Part shown: positions 48,377 to 60,000 of the stretch, piece after piece
Position numbering within the stretch: position 1 is the stretch's first letter
Layout of the letters: the number at the start of each line of letters is the position of its first letter
Notes under the pieces: model-generated
What the model saw: the letters and a program-made list of their open reading frames with translations, nothing else
What the model was told of the DNA's origin: nothing
Databases searched by the model: none
Translations under genes and position numbers: made by a program
Assembly (NCBI GenBank): GCA_002633005.1
Contig: NMRA01000390.1
Span: 207,544-271,543 of the forward strand
Reading direction: 5' to 3'
Length of the DNA: 64,000 nucleotides
From: Phoronis australis
Lineage: Eukaryota; Animalia; Phoronida

Positions 48377-50046
48377 AGTATATCTGGATTTTTCAATTCA
48401 AAACCAGTTGAGAAATAATTGAACAAAAATAATGATTATTATATTAGTTAGCAACAAAATTATTTTATTATGCATAATGAAATAGCTTACCAGATGAACC
48501 GATTGAATACCTCGAGATAAAGCTAGACAATATCGTCTGCGAGATGGTATCGAGTTTATATATGCGTCTGGCCAACGTGCCACTGATCCCGTGGGCTCAT
48601 TCGGGTGAAAGTGTCGCGCGTAATTACGCTCGTGATCACGGCCGAGACTTTGCTTGTGTTTCACGACCTAATCATCCCATAATTACGTTCGTGAGTATGA
48701 CAAAGACTTCGCTCGTGTCTTAGGATCAGTGCTGGAGCATTAGACCGCAGTTTGGTCATATTAGAAGTCTCGGAAATTGCCTGTTTCAGCTACGAAAATA
48801 AGTAAATTACAAACTAGAATGAAAGTTGGGCTCTGGTGTCTGGAATAACCATTGTATACTGTGCATAGTTATTTGAATTGATTAAAATTTGACAGCTTTG
48901 TGCTAGACAGGGGAGGTAATCCACAGACCACCTTTCCTAGCCAGTTTTAGTGGTTGTTTTTGTGACCTTACCCGCGCCATATTGCACCCCCTTGTTGCTT
49001 AATTTAGATGGAACTTTTTGAACATAGAGCTAACGTGTTAATCTTGATAACTGAGAAAAGATATTTTGCATCAATTTTACATTTTAGTGAAAATAGTCTT
49101 GCAAAACTGTCTTCTTCGGAAATGATGAGCAGAGATTACAGACCGTTTGAACAAAACTTTGAACACGAATTCTGCCGCATTAAATTGTTATTAAAATCAG
49201 GTTCAAGCTCTTTCAAATGAAAACAAGTTGTCTTCTGTTTGCGGTCAGTATCAAAACTGCATGAAACACAATGACCTTTGCCCACTGAGTGAGTCAGCTG
49301 ACATTAGGATTGAAGATACATAAAAAATTGTATACGTGACTATTTTTCCGTAAAGAAGTTGAACTTAACATCGTTCAAGCTTTGAGTGCAAGATTTAAAC
49401 GGAAATAAATACCTTTGGATTTTGAACTTGTAAGAATTGTTGTTTGTAAAGACTGGTCGAACCGGGTATGTGCTTAAAGACAAAATGGGGAAAGCCGTTT
49501 AAAGAGTTTTCAACAAAAATTTGCATTACTAAAGCTTTGTGGCTATAATCAGTCATCGTGCTAGAAACACTTCCGAACATAGAGAGGCTGTAACTCAAGT
49601 GGAGTGACTGGAGCTCCTACTAGCCAGAGTGGGTAAATTTGTGACTGAGTAGAACCAGCCGCGGAGTCAAATCATATGCGATGTTCACATACCAAAGAGA
49701 ATTTGGGGCCAATTTTCACCCAAACAGAAAGCCTGAGTGCGAAATAACTCAGTGAAGGCAACGGGTAAAAAGCGGCCCGGACCGCTTTGACTCATCACGC
49801 TTACGAAGGGTGATCGACCGTTGATGTTCGCCAGACATCTTTACAGATACAGTTGTTTTCTCTTTCTTTTTTGACGGAATATATTAGAACTTTTGGTTAT
49901 TTTGGGCTTCTATGTGCCACAAAATTAAGAACAACCTTTCTGGTGGTTCTTTCCATTATACACGCGGTGTGAAGCGCTGACTCGTGCATGAGCGATGACC
50001 TAGTTTACTAAACTAGGTACGCAGAGAACCTGGCGTAATGAACCTG

Positions 50047-50450
50047 GGCCCGGTCGCCAATCGTTTTACTCGAAATGTAACTCGAAATTAGGTTTGGCAT
50101 TTTCTGCTCTGCTTTTGGGCGAACTCAAGATAAGTGTCTATTATTCTATGCTCGAGTACACAATAACTTACCATGACGTAGATATAATTTATTGCCCTGT
50201 TAGTTCACAGTTTGTAAACCCAATATTAAAGCAATAAGTTCGAGTTTGAACTCGAAATTTCGAGTTTTTACTCGAGTTTGTAGCACGAATATTAGGGTCT
50301 TCAAGGGCAAACTTGAACTAGAAACTCCTATGCATAAACTATAATGTATTCGAGCACAGTCTGAACCACTGAATTATAAGTTCAGAGCAGCGAGAAATTA
50401 CCAAAAATAGTTTCGAGTTCGTTTCGAGTACAAATATTAGAGACCGGGCC
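50047..50450. mobile_element. PIF/Harbinger-type MITE just upstream of ZNF593
   Basis: ctg|GGCCCGGTC..GACCGGGCC|cta; internal ctcgaaa/tttcgag inverted motifs. Confidence 0.7.
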
Positions 50451-50785
50451 CTATTAGATAAGTGGCCTGCTTGTTGTCATAACAGACAAAAGAATGTGGA
50501 TGGCAGTTAACAAAGAACCTAGATGTTATTACACGCTCAGAACCCCATACGCCCTGATCTGGTACTAGTACTGTGACAACTTTGGAATATATCAGTTACC
50601 GAACTCTAAAAGTTTTTCCAGCAAATGAACATTTGCGTATAAAAATGACAGCTTTCTGTCATATCCTGAATTCCATTACAGGAGTCCTCAGCTGATCGTC
50701 CCCAATACAATACATAATCAGAAGCTGAGGACGCCTGTGAATTCCATTGGATCCCAGTCGAAATTATCTTTACCACTTTTACATT

Positions 50786-50808
50786 ACTTCCGGTTTTTGT
50801 TTCCGGTG
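50786..50808 (+). promoter_or_regulatory. Tandem ETS/GABP-like motifs in the probable ZNF593 promoter
   Basis: ACTTCCGG and TTTCCGG 60-80 bp upstream of the ATG; typical of housekeeping promoters. Confidence 0.5.
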
Positions 50809-50864
50809 TGTAACGTGCGTTTTGTCTTTCTGGCCACCGTCTTCTGGCTAAAATAAAAGCTGTC

Positions 50865-51058
50865 ATGGGTCGGCTAAGGCGCAAGAAAATGCATAAAGGT
50901 GACAAGCCGCTAAAAGAAAAATACAGAACGAAACGACGCACAAAAGATCATGACCAGATACAAGAGGACATGACTCCCAACAACGCTCAGAAATTGCTGA
51001 ACCAAGACGTGGACTTGGACAAACCAGGCGCCGGGCAATTTTACTGCGTTTCCTGCGC
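50865..51058 (+). CDS. ZNF593: ZNF593 exon 1
   Basis: ATG 50865 to GC|gtaaag donor, phase 2. Confidence 0.95.
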
Positions 51059-54000
51059 GTAAAGTTATTCTCATTTTGATGGATACCTCCACCTTAAACT
51101 TTAATTTTCAGATTCTGGGTTATTGTTTACAATCCGACTCCATTAGTGTACATACTTGATATTAATATTTTCTGAATCCTCTCGTCAGGTAGCCTTGGTA
51201 CAAAGCTGTATATAAGTTATAAGTATACAGCTTTGCACCGATGTGGGTAAAAAAGTGGTAAGATAAAATCTGACAAAATTAGTGTCATTAAAAACTACAG
51301 TCTTCCTTGAGTAAACACAATTATTTAACAGTGTTGGAAAAAATGGCGTTCTACCGTTATTCTGCTGCTAAAGTTGTGGAGCGATCTTTGCCTTTGGCGA
51401 CGGCTTTCGGCGCCATGAAATATTGCGCCGATTCTTCAATCAATTGCTGTTCTTTTACGAGCTTACGTACACGTCACAACAAATTATTGGAACTGGTTTT
51501 ACTTCATTATAATTTTTTAGAATTCCGATACCGAAAAACCGAATTTCAGAACAAATTTTGCTTCTCCGAAGTTGTCGCTAAAATTTAGGAAATGGCGCGT
51601 GCGCGTAACACGAGCGTATTGTTTTCGAAACGATGACATACTTTTCATTGTTAGAAAAGGCGGAGAGTTATGCAAGAAAATGACTCACTTAAACGGCTGT
51701 AACAGGCAAGGTGAGTATCGGTTGGCTCCCAGATTTTGCGTGCACACCGTCTGGTCTTTAGCTTTACACGTTGATACAAGTTTCACGACGCGGTGACGAG
51801 CAGAACTACCCTGGCTGTGTGCACGCAGTGGGACCTAGCTGTATTTTGACGACAGTCATCATACAGCTAGCTGACTGGCTACTCGTCAGGGTGATCATGG
51901 TGATTCCAAAAATGTATTACTTGTACTGATTAGGCTCTTTTATTCATGCATTCACCGTTTTTACGAGGTGTTCATTTGCGGCAGCCGATCTCGAGTGTCC
52001 GCCATTATAAAACTGCGACACCTGTCAGCAGGAATGATAACTACAACGATCATGCGTGTGTCAAAAAGATCCCGCGTGGCATGTTAGGGAAACTCTGAGT
52101 AAAAACAGTAATAGTCATTTATAAAGGATTCCCTCTTCAAAACTTCATTTGAAAAAACACGAGAGTGTGTGTTCTCGCGGACAAATGTCGTCCTAGAAAA
52201 CACTTGATATCTCGCGGTTAACTGTTAGTTATCAATCCTGCCGACAGGTGTCGCACTTTTAAAAATGGCTGCCTCACTAAGTCTGCGGTACAAATGAACG
52301 CTTTGAAAAAACTAAGAAATTGTGAATAATAATCGACCAATCAGTACAAGTAATACATTTTTGGGATCACCATGGCTAGAGGATTCAGAAAATAGTAGTA
52401 TCAAGTATGTACGTTAATGGAGTCGGATTGTAAACAATAACCCTGAACTGTGTCGTTTACAAACTGACTTCAAAATCGATGCCACTTGATATTAGTATTC
52501 TGCTGTTGTAGGCGTGCTTCCGGGGAATAGGCCTTGGGTGAACTAACCGTACGCCTAGAAATGGATTGTTCATAAACTTCTTTGATCCCCTCGACCCTGA
52601 CACCCCGCAAACCTCTCGACCCTCACACCCCGCAATCCCCTCAACCCTCAATGCCCGATACTCCCCCGACTCATGATCCTCTCGACAGGCACCTTTGATC
52701 AGCCCTCAACTATACGCTAAATAAGGAGAAAGGTACTCAACTGCTATTCAATGCATAAGAGTTACCTACAGGAATCTGCTTTCTCTAAAGACTAGTGGTA
52801 AAAACAGATAGTGGCATAAGAGCATGATCTGAAATGGTGGATTGTGAGTGTCTATCCTCACGAAAATAGTTAGCTTTGGTGCAGAACTGTTTGTGTACTA
52901 AATATGCAGCTTTGGAAAATTGCGTTACCTGTTAAACAGTTTTCCATGATTCTTCTGTTCCATGAGGTTGCGTACATGTGACGACAAATTATCAGAACAG
53001 GTTTCATTTTGTTACAAATTTTACTGCTGTGAAGATGTTGCGAAAGAAGTTGCAATTTTTTAGGAAATGGTGCAGGTGCTACAAGCGTACTGTTTCAAAA
53101 ACGATGAAAGATAATTTTTTCTTTGTTGCGAAAGGCAGAGAATAATGCAAGAAAGTAACACTTATTATATTGTTTTTCACTTAAAGACGACTGTCACGTT
53201 TTTCCCCGTGTGTGGGTGGGCGCAGGTTGTTACAGACCGGTGCTAATAGCTTTCGGTGCGAAGATTGACTGAAGACTGGTTCGAGTTAATCCTTTATTAA
53301 TCCCGACCGTACGTTCACAAGCCTACTCAAACAAAACGTCCGACGTAATGTCTGTTTATGCTCCAGCCAGTGCTGCGAAGCCTTGACTTGTATTGAACTT
53401 CTGAGATATTTCCAGCAACTGTTACACTCGTTTCAATAACCTGCTGTCTCTATAGCTGGCTCTCTATTGACTATCGCTGTAACTGCTGATTCTCTTTACT
53501 GCAACTCAACTGTAGTTCTCCTGATTAACTTACTTGAACTGACTTGATCTTCTCTTGAACTGACGTGATCGTTTCGTACTCAACTAACTAATCTTATCTC
53601 AACTCGATCTAATCTCCCTAACACAAACCCGTGTTTGTGTATTTATAGCCTAACGCATTGTTCTGGAACTTTTCATCAATTCAAGCACATACCAGAACTT
53701 TCTGGAACCTACCTGATCTTTCTACAAACATGTACTAGTCTCTAGAATATTCCAGACTTCATTAATCACTGTCATGCTACAGACTTCTAGAAAGTTCCAT
53801 ACTATTCTGTAGTAAACAAATTACATCATCATTGTACTTAACTCAGGGGTCATGCCAATCAAACAGAATAACAAAACAAAACAAACTAAAAATACTGTCA
53901 GACTATATTCTGACAACGACTGAAATGGGCCCAGACTTTGCATGCACCCCCTCCGGTAGTTAGCTTTACATGTCTATATAAGAATCATTGCGATGTGTCG

Positions 54001-57000
54001 AGCAGAACCCTCGGAGGTGCCTGTGTAAAATTTGGGAGACTAACAGAGCACAATACACAGCCTAGCTCTATTTTAACAATATTCTCCATACAGCTAGCTG
54101 GCTGGCTATGAAATAGTTCCCCGTACGGCTTACCAATGACCCTGTTCTACTAAACTTAGGGAGAGAGTACGTTGATGTTTGTACTCATAATTCCACATTT
54201 TTATTATTTGCTTTATGTCATATACTTGTTTACAATATACTACGTGAAGTCCTGAGATGCTTTTTAGTTACCAGTTTGTTTTTTCAACTGTATTTACTGA
54301 AAAATTACACATATTGGTGGCATTTTTGCACTCGCCTATAAATAACTGATATTCACTGAAGAGCAGACGATGCGATTACACTCTGCCAGGAAACACAAGA
54401 TTTGTAACATTGGTTGGTCTTTGATTTGATTTGGTTGCGTTGTTTTTTTGTTTTTGGCTTTCAAACTTGCCAAGTCAAATTTCATAATTGCAAGAAGCTG
54501 AGCTCATGGTCAGAGTCATTGGACATCCAAGTCAGCACTTGTTCTATGTTCTGATCAAATCGAGCTTACCGCTAAAATGGGTCGAGTGAGTCGTGGGTCA
54601 TGGGTTGAGGGAGTTGTGGGGTGAGAGATTTAAGGGGGTTTTAGAATGATCTTGAGCAAACCAGTGTACGGTCAAAATTCAGTAAGAGTCCAGAGCAAAA
54701 TTTTGCCTGGTTTTTACCAGCTCATGCTAAGTGGTGGAAAATGAAAAGTATGCTTGCGTAATATTTAAACATTTTTCTTCTATTGATTTCCATTACAACA
54801 AATGGTGGCATCTATGAATATTTTTAAAAATTGAAGTAGTGTTTGCTGAGTAATTCTGCATTCAACACTGTACACTTTATATTTTTTGATAAAAATATGA
54901 AAAAATGCAATTTGTTTACTTTACTGCCTCGTCATTCTCTAACGTGGAAAAATCGTAAAAATAGTACGCTCAATGTCCTAGTCATTAATCATGTCCTGAT
55001 CCATTCCTCATCAAATTTTCTCACTTTATCTCACCATTTCCATTTAAGAACACTACCAAAATGGTAAATGCAGTCATTTGTAACCTTTCCAGTGTTCAGC
55101 CTGGTTGGTCAAAAGTATTAAACAGAACCAGTCAAACTTCTCGCAAGTACAAAAAGTGGCCCAAATTGGAGAAATATTTTTATTAAAATAGTAAGGAAGA
55201 TTTTTAAAATTCAATGAATCAAGTTTTGGGGATAGAGTTAACTTAGTATTTTTATTTTCTTCAAAAATAATTTTTGTTACACTTTTCTACCTCGTGGTTA
55301 GCCTCTCGCTAACGGGCATTTGCTTATTAGTTGAATGGTTAGCACTGTATGGTTTTCACTAGTGCTTGAAACTTTGCTTCCAGGAGTGCAAGGTTCTAGT
55401 CTTGTACCTGGAAAATAGCTTATATGGACAAATGAGATGAGTCATTTTGAAAAGAAATCATAACCCAATTTAAAGCAATATATCTAGACGTAATTTAGAT
55501 AGTTTAACCATTGTGTGGAATAATTTTGCTGATAGAAAAGCTTCCAGTATATAGAGTGCCTTTGGCATGGCCACTTTCTCTCAGCCAGATTTAGAGATCT
55601 AGTTCAGAGAGGCTCACTGGCTAATGTCTTCCATGATATTAGTCAAGGTGTCCGGATCACTCATAATAACTATAGCGCTACTGATTCATCGTTAGTTTTT
55701 GACAAATCCAAAATATAATAGGTTGGTGGAAAGTTACTGCCTCTTTCTGGTGATGTGCACATTATATTCAATTATTGGTTACTTGGCTACTGTAGTATGT
55801 TCCCATTCTATAGGGAAAGAATTCTCACCCAAATGTCTTATATTGCAGATGTTGTGATGCAGAATGCAGGCCTGATTGTACACAGCTGGGTCATTAGCAG
55901 GGCTTATTGAATCTCAATTTTGAGATTATGTTTGTAAACTCCAGTGTCAAAACCTTTGTATGAGATGTATATATACCAAAAATATACTCATCGTTTTTCT
56001 CTTTTTTAGGAAATACTGTATAAATGAAACATCTCTGAATGATCACTTTCGAACAAAGCCTCACAAGAGAAGGTTTGTTGAATTAGTCATCTGTTGAATT
56101 ATTTTATAGTCAAAGTTCCTTAAGTATAATCTTTTCAAATATTTTCCTTGAAATTAAATTCATTGTGCAGTACAACAGTGACGCAAACAATATTGTGCCG
56201 CCCATTGTTTTGTGTTTATATCTTTTATATTTAGTGTTGTTGTGGAAATAGTAAATCGGGTCTCCCAAGCCCTGTGTCATACTTAAAGGAGTATGCCACC
56301 CAAAAAACAGCCTATTTTGTATCAATTTAGATCGAGTAGTTCTACTCGATAACGGCCGGTTCGGTTGCGTTACCTGACACCTGACGGCAGACGGAGGTGT
56401 TGAAATTATCAAATGACGTAATTGGTTTCACATGCAGTCTGTTCAGCAGTTCACAACACGGGTTAGTGGTGTCAGCTTTTCACTTGAATTCATCGTTTAA
56501 CACCAATAAATCGTCAAACTTCGATGTAAAACCCTTAAAAATACACCAAGTTCTTATAAAAACATGTTGTTTTATTTCGCTGTTACGGATTTACTGGTTT
56601 TTGGACACACCGTAGCCTACAAAGTTGGGCAGGCCAATGAATCTACCAAGGTCCGTAGCAGGAGTTTGGGGTCTGTTCGGAGATAAATTTGAAGTATTCT
56701 TCCGTGAAATACAGACGGTTGAACCTAGATCTGTGTTGTTTATACTTGTGATTTTTATGCGCCCACATATTTATATGTGGACGCATTATGCCGTCATCTC
56801 TGTCCGTCCGTCCGTCCGTCCGTCCGTCCGTCCGGGCGGCGTCCGTCCGGCGTCCGCTGCTCTATCTCCAAAACCCTTTGACATACGTTCATGAAATTTG
56901 GCACATATGTTCCATTCATGAATGGGACGGCATGTGCGAACTTTCGGACGGATCCGACTACCGGTGTGCCCCCTAGTGGCAATTTTAGTTTTTTACGCTT

Positions 57001-60000
57001 ACCTTTGTATCTTCAAAAGTCCTGAACGGATTTTCATGAAATTTGGTATGTAGGCACCTAGTAGTGAGATGNATAAAGATTCCCCCGTGCACCCAGGGGT
57101 GGGGCTCGGGGATCGAACGAGCCCCCACCCATTTGGCAAAGTGGGCAAAAAGGTTCGCCCCTGAGAGACAAAAAGGCCGAGAAAATGAGGCATAAGTCCA
57201 TTAAACATGCGCAAACGCGTAATTCACGGTGGTGCTCCGTTATTTATTTTTTTGTTTTAGTCCGCCCACTGTTTTGTTACCAAAAGGTCCACAAAGTCGG
57301 GAATTCAAGCCCCCCCCATATTGAAGGCTGGGTGCGTGCATGGTCAATAGCATATAAAATCGAGTAGCCTAATTGTTTCACAACAGCTTTCTGTCAGCAA
57401 ACACTGAATTACCTTTGTTGCTGGCATGAAAACCCGGAAACTCAGTGGTTTATTCATTGCTGGCTTCTCAAAACAGTTGCTCTCACGAGCACTACTAGGC
57501 ATTACAAATTCCCTTGTATCTTACGAGACAGACTTTGTTTCAGTTTCATATAAGCATTGGTTAGGATCATTTTAGGATGAGAATAATTCATTTTGAAACG
57601 GAACGCAGAATAATAAACCTTTACACAGCAACTCGCCTGGTGCCAATCCCGACTTAGTCAAGAGCTCATCCGACGAAAACTTCACGGGTTGCAGGATTTT
57701 TAGGTTTCACAGGCTATCAGTTCGAACCGGAATACACTGATCAAGAAATACTTGAGAGGCCCCTTGAACGTGCATAGGCAACGGAACGTATGGATAGTTC
57801 TTTAGTAAGCCGGAATTCGTCAGAGAAATCACTGTCGACGAAATGCCGGCCGCTTTCACAGCCTCATACTTGCTATTAACAGCATACCTTTCATTCTTCA
57901 CTACTGCGAGCCACTTCCTAAGCATTTTGGGCTCTCGATGAGGTCGAAAAAACAATGTGCCTGCTTTCTTCGTAGCTTCATAGAACGGACAAGCGGGAAC
58001 GATGCACTGTAGTATAGCGGCATTCACTCTGCAGACGAACCACTGACGTCGCTGCTTCGTTTCTCACCTTCCTCACAGGTTAACGCGACACCTCTCTGCA
58101 AGGTGAGCTCGACCGTATAAGAGGCGATGTGGATATAGACCGATTAAGACGGTAAAAAAGACATTAAATCGGTTGGCATTCTCCTTTAAAAGATGTATTT
58201 ACATGCGCCTAACTATGCTAATGTACAGCAGGAACTAAGCGACAATGTTATTTGAACATCATCTACACTAAACTAAGTGCAGTGGTATTCACTAGTGGCG
58301 AATGTAGGATATAACAAGGGGGGGCCGAACATTTTGTCTGAAAACATTTGTGCAAAGCACGATTAGATTCGCATAGCACCAAATGGGGGAGGTCCAGGAA
58401 AATTTTTCTGTTTTTTCTCTAAAAATCGAGCATTTTCCTTGATTCCTGAAGTATTATCCAAGAAAAAAGGCAATGAAAAAGAAAAAAAGACACGGAGAAT
58501 GTCATACATGAAAAGCTGCAGTTGTCACAGAGTCGAACTCACGACCTGGCGGATAGAGAGCGCGTGCTTTACCACTGCACCATCACGATGTCTCTTCTAA
58601 TTTGATAATAAGAGACCTACTTGTTTATGGTCCACAGCGTTTTTGCACGAAACCTACTTCTTTTTGTAATGCTTATTACACTTTTTATATTTTGTGCAAT
58701 CAGTTCGTAACAAATTTGTTGTATTTAAAATAGTTTTCAATTGCTCAAAAGAACAAATCCGTTTTTTGTGTTGGCATTAATGACGCGATTGCTTTGGAAA
58801 TCGTCTTAAGTTGAGGTTTGACAAAGAGAGAATTAAGAGTTCCTGAATGATTCACTAAGGGTTTGATTAAAATTTGCATCTTACCGGCAGCTTCTGTTTT
58901 TTTCATTGTCACTCAAGATTCCATTTTCTTTAAAAGAATGAAGTAATTTTTTTCATAGCACAGTGGAGCAGACGACGGAAACGGAGTCGTAGTCAGCAGC
59001 GTCACTGCCGGTCGCCTGGGATATCGCGGGAGAGCCTATACTCAGCCATAGTTTCGTTACGATTGAGCCGTGTTCCGAATTTGACACTTGATATTGTATC
59101 TGAGCCCCCCTCCCCCCAAACACACTAAAACTGCACACACTTAAATCTTGTTTCATCCATGTAATGTTAATTACCGGGGTTAATTAATAAACTCAACACT
59201 TCCCTACTTTCTTGCTGTTTTATTTTTTTGCGGCAACCAAGGGGGCGGGGGGAGGGGGGGGCAGGAGTCCCAGGCCCCCTGCCCCCCCCCAAATCCGCCT
59301 ATATTCACTGACAACTTGTAAATAGGAAAACGAAAAATTCTGCAAATAAGTGACCTTTGCAACTTTGCGTACCTTAGGAGCTCAGGTAACCCACATCATG
59401 CAGTGTTATTCTCCAACACCATGTCACGATACTTATTGGATACAGTCGAGTGATTTACGGAGGATCATTTTTTTACACAAAATATCACTTTGAAAACATT
59501 TGGCTATTTTCAACATACTTCATATTCACATCATCGTTCAGTTAGCTGTTGATACAAAAACAAATTTCAACAATATCTTGTTTGCCATCCTTGACACATC
59601 CAACTTTGATATTTGGCCTTTTGCCAATTTCTTGGTGTCAGCATTGCAACTCAAGATGCAGTGATACAAGTTTGTAATGCAACGATGAATGACATTACAA
59701 TATAAATATGAGATAGTGACTGTTGCATTATTTTGAACGCAGGACAAGACCTTGACACATGTGCTGTATTTTTTGTAAACACTGTAGAATAAGGGTGGTA
59801 CTGTGCCTTTTCAGGACAGACCTGATGTTTTGTGTTTAGATTAGATGTGATTTCTGGGCTTGGCTTAAGGGGGGTGTATAGACTGGTCAAATCTTCAGGT
59901 TCTTATCTATTATTAGTAAAAAAGGGGTTTTAACTGGTTAGACATGACTGAAAGTGACAAAAATCGAATGAAAAGTTTTTATTGTAGATCGTTTCTTTTG

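Noticed and set aside
52540-54680. C-rich (52580-52690) and G-rich (54580-54640) tracts as TIRs of an older element
   Set aside because: Complementarity too degenerate to define termini or a TSD by eye
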